DNA of 64,000 bases from Okamejei kenojei (lineage: Eukaryota). Shown piece after piece: positions 11,161-23,934 of the stretch (its first letter is position 1; each line of letters begins with the position of its first letter). The stretch is taken from contig CM069162.1 in assembly GCA_035221665.1 (NCBI GenBank), forward strand, positions 26,846,001 to 26,910,000, in the 5' to 3' direction. Below the pieces are notes generated by a model, which had not been told where the DNA came from, did no database searches, and worked only from the letters and a program-made list of their open reading frames with translations. Both the position numbers and the translations under genes were made by a program.

Positions 11161-11644
11161 ATAATAATAGAATATTGACTGGCCTTGAGGGGGATACGAC
11201 ATATATTGCCTGAAGTAGATTCATATTGCCCGAGTCGAAGACGAGGGCAATATGGATCTAGTGAGGGCAATATATGTCGTATCTCCCGAAAGAGGACAGT
11301 CAATATTGTTATTATTACCCATATCAGACATCTAGAGGAAAATCTGAAAATCTCAGCTCGGCGGACTTCCACGTAAAATTTAACCAAAATGGACGCGGCA
11401 GTCTTCCTGTCTGCCGTTTGAATATTCTAAATTTCCCACGCAGCGTCACGTTGCCAAGTTCCCGGATGTGAGACCAGGGGAATATAAGACTATATTCCCC
11501 GCTGTTTTAACAGGTAAAGTCCATAGGCGTTCGCAAGAAAGGGGAATACAAGAAAATATTCCCCTGTTACCCCTGCTGGCAGTAAAAACGAAGGGAATAC
11601 AATTTTGTAAAAGCATACCTCAGATGTGTGATATGGGTAATAAT
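11161..11644. mobile_element. Crypton/Eulor-like non-autonomous hairpin element
   Basis: ~70-bp inverted arms around CCCGAGTCGAAGACGAGGG, plus a second inverted pair ATTATTACCCATATC (11311-11325) / GATATGGGTAATAAT (11630-11644). Confidence 0.6.
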
Positions 11645-11810
11645 GAACAATATTGTGTTTCCAACACTTTAATTAATATGTCATCCATGTGTTTCTGTAG
11701 CTAACTAAAAAGGAGAAATACTTTTGACTGGAGAGAAGGGAAAAGTCTGTTTGAGGTGATGGAGAAGGAAGCAGATGATAGAATTGGTAACATTGTCATT
11801 TTGTTTTTAG

Positions 11811-12020
11811 GATGAAGCCTTTGCCCTGTGGATTGAACAATGGGGAAAATTGTATCCAACTGGCTCTCACTCTCAAAAGATAATTCAAGATATTCATGAT
11901 CAGTATTACCTAGTCAATCTTGTGGATAATGACTTTCCACTTGAGAACTGTCTCTGGCAGGTTATTGATGACCTCTTTAAGTTAAAGGCATCGGAACAGA
12001 CTCATGGTTCTCCAGCTTGA
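11811..12020 (+). CDS. MTHFR: MTHFR last coding exon
   Basis: [15 protein letters not shown]...[23 protein letters not shown]...GSPA then TGA; joined CDS 1944 nt = 647 aa with no stops. Confidence 0.97.
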   Translation, partial: DEAFALWIEQWGKLYPTGSHSQKIIQDIHDQYYLVNLVDNDFPLENCLWQVIDDLFKLKASEQTHGSPA

Positions 12021-13367
12021 GATGTACCAGTGGAGTCAAGTTGTCTCAATGTCCAGGATAACTTGCAATCTCAAATGGGCATTAAATGTGTTGATGTGCC
12101 CATGGACTCAACATGAGAGGAACACCACATCTCAGCCTGCCGTGTGCAAATTAAGATGTTCCTGAACTGAGCAGAATGGATTTCTAATAGTATTTGATGG
12201 TGTGCTGTGATTCATGTTGCTTTGCACTGAACAAGCAGACTTTCTACAGGTTTCAGTGGAAGAACAGGAATGAATAAGTACTTGGTTCTGGCAAAGCCTG
12301 TTAATAATGGAAGATCATTAATTTATTATGTCCCCATATCTCCATTGTTCAGCAAATGCCAAGTTACCATTTTTCATTTGGATGTAATGGTAAGTACACT
12401 GCAAGAGTTAGAAAATTGCGCCTGAAGCTTGATTGCTTTTGCCAAACATCTAGAATGGAATCATTCAATATCCGCTAGTCTAATCGGAGCAGGCAATTGT
12501 TGTAGCTTGTTTACATCCCCTTACCACTTTGTACACGTGTAACACTTGTTGTATTGTAGTAGTTGAGATCCTAACCTAATTCTAATAGTAAGTAGTGTGG
12601 ATTGGATAAATTACATTTCCACAGTGGAGTGGGGTGTCACAGGGAATAGGGTTCTGTGACAAACATCGCCTGGGCCCATGCCATTCAGCGATGACTGAAC
12701 CAATTTTGTTGTCTCATGACAAGCCCATATTGCAATATTCAGTGGTGAGATCAGAGGTTTATGTAGTAAAGATGTTTACAAGTCTAACCCACTGAATTGA
12801 TAGCTTACAATTTAGACCTGCCACCAGCTGTTCCCTTGAATAATTCTGATCTCTTCCTGTTTTCATGTTTTTTTAATATTTGCTGGAAGACAGATGCTTT
12901 TCCTGGACTGTGCAATGAACATGTCTTGATATAATCTAGGTATTAAAATAACCCTTATCCCATGTTTAAGCTTGGTTTAGAAACTGGCTTAAACTGCCTT
13001 GTTTTAGATTCTACCATTGTGGCAATCCCTATTGCTGGCTGCTGAGCTGCAGTATATTTATATAACTGGGAATCAGTGATGTTACAGGGTCCTAACATGA
13101 GTGTGGCAGTAAAGCTGCCAAATGTCCCTCTATAGATTTCATCAATCCCATGTGCAGGATCTATTGAAATAATCTGAGCAGCCTGGAAATGTGAGGAATA
13201 GATAGTGCCATAGTATTTTTTTAATGTTTGTCTGAGAGTGCAGTTGGAGGTGTGTTCAAATCACTAGAGAGGGATATAAAATCATGTATTTATTTGGGTG
13301 CTATTGTGGGAGTTGGTGACATGTAAATCACTGCTGTATTTCTTTAAATTCCAACAGTGCCCACTTC

Positions 13368-13373
13368 AATAAA
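13368..13373 (+). terminator. Candidate MTHFR polyadenylation signal AATAAA
   Basis: AATAAA about 1.35 kb after the stop; another lies at ~14058. Confidence 0.35.
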
Positions 13374-14669
13374 ATGCATTGGCTATAAAGCTCTAACAAT
13401 AAAGGGGAAAAAAACTTGGATATAGATCTGGTACTAAATTCAGATTATGACAAAAGTTGCTCAACATCAACCTTGCAAAGTCCAACTTGAACGGCTGTCT
13501 GGTGTCTAAATTTCGACAGCTGTTGTAACAAGTTATAGCTGATGCAGGCATACTCCCAAAGCCATAACTTACTGAAAATGTGCCAAAATGCTTCCTCAAA
13601 ACCTGAGTATATCCAGTCCTGCTGGCAGGACAGACCCAATAGGAGTAGTAGCTTAGTAGTATTCGGGTGGGAGAAAATAGCCCTGCCAGTCCTCAATATT
13701 GACTAGCTCCTGTGAAGTCTCCTGGCATCTGGTTGAGCACAGAAAAAGAAACCTTCCCCTGATTATTGCAACAGCTAATGAAGTGTTTCTCCATATTACA
13801 TGATATTTGGAAGTATCAAAGATACAGGATGTACTCTGGACAGAGTGCTTCAGTGTTCACCACCAAGATGGCTTGGGAGCGCCAGCACTGATTAAATTAA
13901 AGGACATGGCTGCCAAACTGAGTCTGAATCAACATGACCTATAATTCAGCTTTATTTTGGGAAATTAAGGAATTTGCCAACACCATTTGCTTTTAAATGT
14001 CACTGCCAACATTCCTTAAACAGCCAAGAGAAAAGTAAATGTTTAAATTATGTCACTTAATAAATTTAATCATTGGTAAACAACTAATTTTGTAAGACAT
14101 TTGTAAACGATGATATCACCTGACTGCATAAGCTTGGTGGTAGTTGGACATATCCTTAGTTTGCATTCCTTCTGGCCTCTTGTGGGATGGCACTGTGGGA
14201 AGTCCCCAACATTAGGTGATGCATGGTTGCCAAGGGTAAGTGAGCTTGTAGGATTAGTATGGGAGATGCAGTGCACTTCAACCCATATTTTGTGTGAGGA
14301 ATTCAGTGGAATATGAAGATCTCTGAAAAGATGCATTGGTAATAATACTCTTTGACATCACTTCTACTGATTATTAAAATACTGATTATTAAAATACTAT
14401 GTTTTACTTTGAATGACTGGCTTTTTCTTCCAGTAGCACAGGGAAAGAGACAGATAATAAGACATCTCTCATACGCCATCTGAAAAGACTCAAGGTGCAG
14501 GAGAATGTAGGGTAGCAACAGAGAAAAAATATCTATTAATTCAATGGGTATAGTAGCTCGCACACAAAATCTGTATTCAATCAGACATTAATGGGAATTC
14601 CCTCAGTTTGATTTTACAGGCCATTTGAACAAACTTGTTTCAAGCAGTTTGCCAGAAAAGGGCAATGGT

Positions 14670-15907
14670 ATGTAACTAGTAGCGTGGATAAGGGAGAACC
14701 AGTGGATGTGGTATATCTGGACTTCCAGAAGGCTTTCGACAGGGTCCCACATAAAAGATTAGTATACAAACTTAAAGCATACGGCATTAGGGGTTCAGTA
14801 TTGATGTGGATAGAGAACTGGCTGGCAAACGGGAAACAAAAAGTAGGAGTAAACGGGTCCTTTTCACAATGGCAGGCAGTGACTAGTGGGGTACCGCAAG
14901 GCTCAGTGCTGGGACCCCAGCTATTTACAATATATATTAATGATCTGGATGAGGGTATTAAAGGCAATATCTCCAAGTTTGTGGATGACACTAAGCTGGG
15001 GGGCAGTGTTAGCTGTGAGGAGGAAGCTAGGAGGCTGCAAGGTGACTTGGATAGGCTGGGTGAGTGGGCAAATGTTTGGCAGATGCAATATAATGTGGAT
15101 ACATGTGAGGTTTTCCACTTTGGTGGCAAAAACTGGAAAGCAGACTATTATTTAAATGGTGGCCAATTAGGAAAAGGAGATGCAGCGAGATCTGGGTGTC
15201 ATGGTACACCAGTCATTGAAAGTAGGCATGCAGGTGCAGCAGGCAGTGAAAAAAGCAAATGGTATGTTAGCTTTCATAGCAAAAGGATTTGAGTATAGGA
15301 GCAGGGAGGTTCTACTTCAGTTGTACAGGGTCTTGGTGAGACCACACCTGGAATGTTGCGTACAGTTTTGGTCTCCAAATCTGAGGAAGGACATTATTGC
15401 CATAGAGGGAGTGCAGAGAAGGTTCACCAGACTGATTCCTGGGATGTCAGGACTGTCTTATGAAGAAAGACTGGATAGACTCGGTTTATACTCTCTAGAA
15501 TTTAGGAGATTGAGAGGGGATCTTATAGAAACTTACAAAATTCTTAAGGGGTTGGACAGGCTAGATACAGGAAGATTGTTCCCGATGTTTGGGAAGTCCA
15601 GGACAAGGGGTCACAGCTTAAGGATAAGGGGGAAATCCTTTAAGACCAAGATGAGAAAGACCTTTTTCACACAGAGATAGGTGAGTCTCTGGAACTCTCT
15701 GCCACAGAGGGTAGTTGAGGCCAGTTCATTCTCTATATTTAAGAGGGAGTTAGATGTGGCCCTTGTGGCTAAGGGGATCAGAGGGTATGGAGAGAAGGCA
15801 GATACGGGATACTGAGTTGGATGATCAGCCATGATCATATTGAATGGTGGTGCAGGCTTGAAGGGCCGAATGGCCTACTCCTGCACCTAATTTCTATGTT
15901 TCTATGA
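14670..15907 (+). mobile_element. CR1 (HER1-like) LINE, 5'-truncated, RT to 3' end
   Basis: VDVVYLDFQKAFDRVPH, SGVPQGSVLGPQLF, KFVDDTKL, then a frameshift into QRDLGV...RRLRGDLIETYKIL; (TTTCTATG)n tail. Confidence 0.93.
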
Positions 15908-17965
15908 AAGGCTTTGGGCTAATTTAGAAAAATCTTTCATGCCTACTTTGACTATAGAATGTGATCATACACCTGGCGTATGCTATGAGGCATGGGATAG
16001 GCTACAGTCCATCACCTTTCATCTGCATGCATGTGGCAAATTCAGTTGTCAAGGGGCAGCAATTTCTATTAAACACCTGAATCTGCTCCAAGGAATCCAC
16101 TAGTCCTGAGATATCTAATTCAAGGTTCTCTTCTCCAATGTCAGCTAAATGCTAGGATTGAACTTGTTTGGTGCCAGGCTATGCTCTCAAGGGTCTAGTA
16201 TCTGGTTTAGGTTAATGTTTTAATACACGTCTCAAGTTGTTTGTAACTAAAGGAACAAAAAGAAAGTCTGAAGAAGGATGTTGACCCGAAACATCACCCA
16301 TTCCTTCTCTCCAGAGATGCTGCCTGCCCCGCAGAGTTACTCCATCATTTTGTGTCTACCTTCAAAAATAAATACCCTTTTCCTCCTAAAGATGGTCTTG
16401 AAGCACTTTAGTGCTGAGGTCAGTTCAGGTTTCATATTGTTCCTGTTAGATGAAATTACCCTATAGGTTTACTCAAATCATATATTTTAGAAATTGTGTT
16501 TCAGCAGCTGATAGCCCATGCAACAATATTTTGTTTCCTGTTCCTCCTGCAATCCTAGGATAGTGGTCTAGTAGCAATAATGTGTCAAGACTAAAACAGG
16601 TCTAATATAGCCTGGTTGAGCTTTGTGAACCTATGTGTAATATACATCTAGCTCAGGCATCCTAAGTGTAGCACTATTCAAAGTATAACTTGCACTCTAT
16701 TCTCAAAGCCTTGATCTAACCTCTCATGATACACTCACAACTGAACTATTGGATTTTTGTGTTCAATGTTGTGAGTTGCCATGTTACAAATGTAAATTTT
16801 AATCACTCTATATTTTCAATGCACTATTCATTATTTGAGTCTTATTACTCAAATGTTCAAGTTCTGAGACATTGTGCTACAGGGGGAAAAGGTCACTTGT
16901 TGCTGTTGAAACCAATACTTTCAGCTGATTGATGGGAGTGGATGGGGGAAGCGGTTTGTGGATTAATCCAATAAATAAGTTTGGTGAGTTCATAAACGGA
17001 ATGGATGCCTCAAGAATGGATTGTGGCAAAACCAGCTGAGGTGTAGGTTGTGCTGCAGCATGAACAGTCTACTGAACAGAAAACTCTGGGCATGGTCTAT
17101 AATGTTACCAAGACCTCAAAATGCTGGAAACATTTTAAAAACATTCAGCAATAGTCATGCAAAACAGACAGGTTTTTCAGTTATATGCTAATTTTTCATC
17201 AGCAGAACCTGCCTTACCTGTTGACTATTGGCACTTTTTCGGGATATTTCCGAAGTTTCAGTTATACACAGCCATTTACAGTGAGCTCCCCACTTGTATT
17301 TCAATAAAAAATGAAACCACACAAACACACTGCTGCGTCTCGAACAATCAAAACTGGGGCTTGGTAAAACAAATACAAAGCTCCCCAATGCCAGATAAAA
17401 TTCATTATTCCAACAAAAGGATTTTGGAACACACATTTGAACGTGCAGAAATAAAACTTTATTTTAGAGCAGGTTTTATAAAGAAACATACCCAAAGTAC
17501 AACTTATTGAAAGTAAGTCAAAAATGAATGCAGTTAGATAAAGTCCACAACGAAATCTGCAGGTGAGACTGGATAGAAAACACACCTCCAGTTATAATTG
17601 CAAGTGGATTACATTTTGAGAAGAGCCCTGACTGTACAATGTCTCCTCACCAGAGTCGTTAGTACCATGAATCAGGCGTTGGGCTAGATCTTGAGGCCGC
17701 TAAACCCAACTTTGATCTCTGAAGTTGTTTGTAATCTAATAACTGGCAGCGCAAAAAGTTAGAATTCCCTTACAAATGAGATTTCCCAAATGCACCATCT
17801 TCAACCTGTCCAACGAGATTGGAAACTGAGTGAACCAGAACAGACTGACTGGACATAGAGGGTTTTTGTTGGAACGTTGTGGCATCATTCTGTTCATCTT
17901 CAGAAGTAATGTCAGAGGGAAGCCCCAAGCCTTTGTTTGTGGGCAAGCTTAAGATTTACCCACTA

Positions 17966-18016
17966 TCACGTATTTCTCTGTTTTTCAACAACCAATCTGA
18001 GCCAGGTCGTGAAAAC
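17966..18016 (-). CDS. C1orf167: C1orf167-like terminal coding exon
   Basis: TTAG|VFTTWLRLVVEKQRNT*; phase 0 matches the preceding exon; minus-strand AATAAA at 17458-17463. Confidence 0.7.
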   Translation of the reverse strand, partial: VFTTWLRLVVEKQRNT

Positions 18017-18986
18017 CTAAGGATAAAATAGATACATCAGGTTTACAGTGAGTGGGTTCAGTGTGTGAGTGAGGATCAGAGTAAGTCAGAGTATGTTGCT
18101 GACGTGTATAATTCAAAAGCATCAGAGACTGAAATGCTCTGCTGTTATATAACAATTATGCACCCTATTAGTGAAATTTTATGCTATATAATTTGAGTGA
18201 ATAGTATTGAGTGAAACAAAACACTAATTAGGAAGGTCATTATTTCTGTGCTACTACTGCTGAAACATGCCTGTCTCAATTAATTCCTCTGGCAGCTTAT
18301 TCCCTATACCCACCACCCTCTGTGTGAAGAAGTTGCCTATCAGATTCCTAATGAATCTATCCGCTCTAACCGGAAACCCATGCCCTCTAGTTTTTGAAAA
18401 TAATTGCCCCCTCAGAATTGGCAGAGATTTAAGATGACAATTTTAAGCATATATAATTTTTTTGTTTAGGACATCTTTGGTTTGTCTGAACCAAAGGGTG
18501 GCACTCAGTCAGTTTAAAATATTTAAACATGTGCCTCTACATTTACTGGAGAATACAGGTCTGTAGAGTAACAGGCTGAGAATCCTGATACAGAAACATA
18601 GAAAAATAGATGCTGGAGTAGGCCATTCGGCCCTTCAAGTCAGCACCACCATTCAATATGATCATAGCTGTCATCTAAAATCAGTACCCCGTTCCTGCTT
18701 TTTCCCCTCTTGATTCCTTTAGGCCAAAGAGCTAAATCTAACTCTCTTTGAAACATCCAGTGAATTGGCCTCCACTGCATCAATGTAAATTGTTTAGAGA
18801 AAGTGGAAATCAGTAACTGTTCCTACTGCTGATCACAGAGAGTTGGGGTGTGGGGAGCACATAAGAGACAGACTTTTATGCTCCAGAATTTACTCCACTG
18901 CTGGGTAGGAGAAAGAGAAACCAGCCAGGCTTCATCAGCACACCTCTGATCCCTAGGTTAAGATTTTAGGGAGGAGGGTGTTTCGA

Positions 18987-19010
18987 GGGGGGGGGGGGGG
19001 GGGGGGGGGG
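18987..19010 (+). repeat. Poly-G run (24 nt)
   Basis: Uninterrupted G homopolymer. Confidence 0.9.
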
Positions 19011-19176
19011 AGAGAGAATCAGTTGTAATTCCTGGAAAAACACGAAAACCAGACTGCTGATCCACAGTATTTGGCTCAACCATGATGAAAGGTGACTGAG
19101 TGATACACCAAGGCATTTAACAAGAGAGAGACGTGACTAATGTTGTAATGGTGCTATATGTAACTTTGGTACCTAC

Positions 19177-19287
19177 CTCCAACAGTAGGATCCTGTTGTC
19201 CTGAGCTGCAAACGCTTTTGACACCTGCATCTGTATGAACCGTCTCCGCCACAACTGCCATGCATGCAGCTCCAGCTTCTGCTCGTA
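19177..19287 (-). CDS. C1orf167: C1orf167-like exon
   Basis: YEQKLELHAWQLWRRRFIQMQVSKAFAAQDNRILLLE; strong acceptor and donor, phase 0-0. Confidence 0.8.
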
Positions 19288-20216
19288 CTGTGGGGGAGAG
19301 AGAAGCTTCTATCAGCAAAATACGTTATAAACAGAGCATAGATCCAATAGACCTGACTGTTTACTACTAGAGGCTTCCAGATTATGAGCTGATTAAAGTG
19401 GAGTGAATTCCCTATTGCCATCATTCAGGCAGGGTGTGTGTCTCCTGTTTATGCCAATAGGAGGACAAAGATCAGGGTGGATCCCATTATCTCAGTCCTT
19501 CCCATAAAGACGGCCGACAGATGGATGGCGAAGCTTCTTCAATGGGAAGATTCTCAGAGGAGGCTGCCTTACCCTCATATATCTTTGCTGTAATGTATGG
19601 TTCAACATATTACCAGCCAAAGCAGGTGAACAGAATGTCCCAGAGACCACAACTAGGTTTCTCATCCCCAGAAAAGAGGATAATAAATGACACTGGAGCT
19701 GGCTATATTCGATTATTGCTGAAACTGACAAACACAGCCTAGCCGATGTCTGTGGATGAAACAATTAGTAGCCAAGGAGCTTTGAATGGAATGGCAGAGC
19801 ATTCCCATTCAGTCAAGATGACACTTTTAACACTCAAATTTTATTTATTTGTACACTGTACAGTTTATTGTCACGTGTACCGAGGTACAAAGAAAAATGT
19901 TGTGTGCTATCCGGTCAGGAGAAAGATAATACATGATTACAATTGAGCAAATCGAGTCAAGACCGGATAACCAGTTAAAGTTAGTCAAACTCAAGAAATA
20001 ATTATTTTAAAAATAAATCTTTATAAAATCATTGCAAGTCAGAACTGGGCTGCTGTGTTTAGTCCTCCCGGTCCTAGTCTGCTGCGGCCTCTTTAACATA
20101 ATTTACATAGAAAGTGACATTAAGATTGCTACGGAAATGTAAAGCTAGATTAAATTAGTCACAGCTTAAACTGATTAAATTAAAAAATAATTTTTAATGA
20201 GAACTGCTTTGCTCAC

Positions 20217-20352
20217 CAGTCCCCTGGTCACCAGCATGCTCACAGTGAAGCTCTTCCACTGCTCCCAGATCTCCTGCAGCTTCTCAACTCTTTTCTTCTC
20301 CAGAAGTTGCTGTAGGAGTGTTTTGTTCCACCAGATTATCAACAGTCGTTTG
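20217..20352 (-). CDS. C1orf167: C1orf167-like exon
   Basis: KRLLIIWWNKTLLQQLLEKKRVEKLQEIWEQWKSFTVSMLVTRGL; phase 2-0. Confidence 0.8.
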
Positions 20353-20394
20353 CTGTGGGGGAAAAATAGAAACAGCTTGTAAACTCATTCAAAT

Positions 20395-20695
20395 GGGGAT
20401 GCAGCTGACAGAGTTGCCGCCTCGTGGTGCCAGAGATTTGATTTCGACCCTGACGTCGGGTGCTGTATGCGTGGAGTTTGCACGTTCCCCGTTTCTTCTG
20501 GGTGATCCCATTTCCTCCCACATCGCAAAGATGTGTGGGTTTGTACATTAATTGGCGTCTATAAATTGCCTCTAGTGTGTAGGGTGTGGATGCGAAAGTA
20601 GGATAACAGAACTAGTGCAAACAGGTGATAGTTTGGTCTGCATGGACTCGGTGGGCCAGGGGCCTGTTTTTATGTTGTCTCTTTCATTCAATTAA
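20395..20695 (+). mobile_element. V-SINE (HE1-like)
   Basis: GGAGTTTGCACGTTC, TTTCCTCCCACATC, AAATTGCCTCTAGTGTGTAGG; similar to 1440-1710. Confidence 0.75.
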
Positions 20696-20920
20696 AATCC
20701 ACAAAATGCTGGAGGAACTCAGTGGGTGAGACAGCATCTGCGGAGTTCTTCCAGCACTTTGTATTTTGCTCAAGATTTCAGCATTTACAGTTTCTTCATA
20801 CAGTACATTCACAACTCATCAACCCAATGCACCCGTCCTATTTCGTATAGGAACATTCTGTGTCCTAAAACAATGAGACAGCTAGAGAAAGTCTTTCAGT
20901 GACAAAGCAAGACCAATCAC

Positions 20921-21063
20921 CATAATTGATTCCTGTGGTGTTGCTCTGCACGGGATTCCTCCACATCACACCGATCTGTCTGCTTCTCTGTCAGTACAAA
21001 AATAATCCACCGTGACACAAATTTCCGTGACACATATCTGACACGATATCTGATTGCTTGCAG
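20921..21063 (-). CDS. C1orf167: C1orf167-like exon
   Basis: LQAIRYRVRYVSRKFVSRWIIFVLTEKQ...RAEQHHRNQL; phase 0-2 bridges its neighbours. Confidence 0.7.
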
Positions 21064-21330
21064 CTGTGAAAGAAGGACAGATTTAAGCAGTGCCTCAGAT
21101 AAAGATCACAAAGTAAGCAGTCAAACCTGTCAATGCCTTCCCTCCTGCATTTCCATTGAACAGGTAGCACTGTTAGAAATTATAAACCATATAACCATAT
21201 AACAATTACAGCACGGAAACAGGCCCTCTCGGCCCTTCCAGTCCGTGCCGACCATTTGTTTTCCCCTAGTCCCATATACCTGCACTCAGACCATACCCCT
21301 CCATTCCCGTCACGTCCATATACCCATCGA

Positions 21331-21418
21331 GTTCTTGCTGGCCTGACAGTCCTTTGTCTCATGGCCCTCCGTCTTGCAGTTTTTGCAGACAACTGCAGTG
21401 CATTGGGCCATCACATGT
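21331..21418 (-). mobile_element. L1/Tx1 ORF1 zinc-knuckle fragment
   Basis: HVMAQCTAVVCKNCKTEGHETKDCQASKN (CX2CX4HX4C). Confidence 0.65.
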
Positions 21419-22736
21419 AGTGAACTCTTTAATTACATTTCAATTCTACTCTGAAATAATCTACTCAAGTTTGATTTTTTCTCTCAGTCGCTCAGAAGCA
21501 CTGAGATCAGTCAAGCTTTTTGTCCCCTAACCCCCCTCCTTTCACCCCCACCACCCTTCTTTCTTCCACCCCCTCACCATCCCTCCCCTGGACAGCTATC
21601 TATTTCTCCCCTCAAATCCCCCCCCCCACCCCCAGTCATTTTCCTTCCTCTAGTTTCCAAATCTGCAACACTTAGAACCAGTCTCACACCTGATACCTGG
21701 CCTTTGTTCCAACCATCTGCCCATCAAAAAAACCCTCTTGCCTGTGTCAATAAAGGTCTCAACACGAAAGGTCACCCATTCCTTCTCTCCAGAGATGCTG
21801 CCTGTCCCGCTGAGTTACTCCAGCTTTTTGTGTCTATCTTCGGTTTAAACCAGAATCTGCAGTTCCTTCTTACACATTCCACCTATTGCCTGCCAGGCTT
21901 TGTCTCAACCTGAAATGTCATCTGCCCATGGTCTCCAGAGATGCTGTCTGACCTGTTGAGTTGCTCCAGCACTGTCCTTTCAAGCTATACCAAGCTTCCA
22001 TGCTGGAATCAACTGGAACCTAGACCAGCGAAGCATCAACATGACCCTTAAACTGGAACGTAGGCCCTTCAACACACAATGTCTGTGCCGTACAAGAAGC
22101 CAAGTTAAACTAATCACCGCCTGCACGTGATCCATATCCCTCATTTCCTGCATATCTATGTGCCGATCCAAAATCCTCTTAAATGCTACTATCTGCCTCC
22201 CCTCCTTGGTTACATGTTCCAGACACCCACCACTCCCCATATAAATAAATCTTGCCCTGCACATCTCCTATAAACTTTAACTATCACATCTTAAAGCTGT
22301 GCCCTCTTATCTTGGGCATTTTCACCCTGGGAAAAAGGTTGTGACTGTCTACACAATGCTTCTCATAATTGTATATACTTCTATCAGATTTTTCAACATC
22401 TCTCAACGCTCCTGAGAAAAAACTTCCAAGTTTCTCCAACCCATTCCAGCTAATACCCTTTAATCCAGGCATCTGGATCTGATTACTTTGTACCACCGTG
22501 AGATCTTCTTTTACCTGTTTGGAATGCAACCAGCAACTAAAGACATTTTATTTTCTTTGATGACAGACCATAGTAAAGCAAAATCTTTTGAACTAAGAAG
22601 ATAGTCAAAAATGCTGGAGAAACTCAGCGAGTGAGGCAGCATCAATGGAGCGAAGGAAATAGGCAACGTTTCGGGTCGAGACCCTTCTTCAGACATTTCA
22701 ACTACTGTAAGTTAGCGCACAGCTCTCCATACCAAC

Positions 22737-22938
22737 CTCCATATACCAGGATATCAATGCTTTGCGCAAGATTCGTTCAGTCTGTCGTTGCACAAAAGAG
22801 GCCATCTTATATTGCAAGTGCAACTGACTTCTCCAGATCACAAATGTCGAGTTTAGCCGCAACAATAAAACTCGAGCTGATGCAGTCAATGCCCAATGCT
22901 TCTGCTGCTGTACGTTTCCAACCCAAGTGAGAAAGCAC
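22737..22938 (-). CDS. C1orf167: C1orf167-like exon
   Basis: CFLTWVGNVQQQKHW...TFVIWRSQLHLQ...ILRKALISWYME; phase 2-0. Confidence 0.8.
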
Positions 22939-23124
22939 CTAGGGATTGATGGGAAAGTAAACCGATTCAACTCAGTTTATCCAATGTGCAGAACAACACA
23001 CCAGTAATCGCTTTGCTCAATCCCGAATATGTGCTATGTTAGCAGAGGTACAAAAAACAAGCAGCAACTGCTGGGTCCCAATAGTTCTTATCAAACTGAA
23101 GCTGCATCTCTTTACCGATATTTT

Positions 23125-23810
23125 AATTAATTTCAAAAATGAACTTTGTTATAAAAAATACATACATAACAAAAACCATGCAAAACTCTGAATACATTCT
23201 GAGTATGCTAATGCATACAATAATGCTAGTGTTATACCCAGTAATGTTTGAACATCTCTTTACATCTTTGGCACTCATGTGGTCCCCTGGGGTGATATCC
23301 TGCCCATTATTTGAGGGGTGTCCTCACTGGATTCAGCCCTTGAATATCCAGCAGCAGAAGGACCCTGGATGTGGTCCTCCCCCACAGAGCCTTCATGTTA
23401 GCTGTACAAAGCTTCAGTGCATCCCTCAGCACATACTCCTGGTGGGGCCTGGATTGGGCCAGGCAGCAACATTCCCATATGGGCATCTTGCTGTGCTGGA
23501 AACTAACAAGTTTCGGGCAGACCACTGAATGAATTGGTCTTCCAGCTGCACTTGATGTCTGTCTCAGTATGTGTCCCATGGAACTGCCCGTAAATTAGAG
23601 AGCCCTCTGTCATGCAGCTGCTTGGGGTGAACCCGGAGGATGACTCTTGCATTTTTTGCCAGACCCTCTTAGCAAATTCACTCGGCAAAGAGGTGGGCAG
23701 CTGCTCCCAGGGCAGCATCCATTGAGAGTGAGATCCCAATGGCACAGGAAGGTTTCCATATGGTTCTTCATTGCTGCCAAGTACATTGTGAAATGTAAAA
23801 TATTCCACCT
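23125..23810 (-). mobile_element. Tx1-clade L1 LINE 3' end (degenerate ORF2 C-terminus)
   Basis: FAKRVWQKMQ...YGQFHGTHTETDIKCSW and YVLRDALKLCTANMKALWGRTT, typical of Tx1 ORF2 ends. Confidence 0.75.
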
Positions 23811-23934
23811 TGTGCTCCCTTGCTCTGGTAGCAAGTATTACTGAAAACTGCAGTGCATTGGTTTAAATTTAAACAAGGCAGTTTCCAAACAGTTCAAAAC
23901 AAATGAACTATTTTAATAGAATATAGAAAATATT

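Noticed and set aside
18987-19010. Poly-G tract as a functional G-quadruplex
   Set aside because: Homopolymer length is unreliable in assemblies, and nothing in the context suggests function.
21180-21392. ORF LSAKTARRRAMRQR... as a C1orf167 exon
   Set aside because: Another frame encodes a clear CCHC knuckle of an L1/Tx1 ORF1, and exon 20921-21063 already bridges the phases.
22513-22534. Possible 22-nt micro-exon (TTTAG|...CAG|GTAAAA, minus strand)
   Set aside because: Not needed for frame continuity and has a poor polypyrimidine tract.
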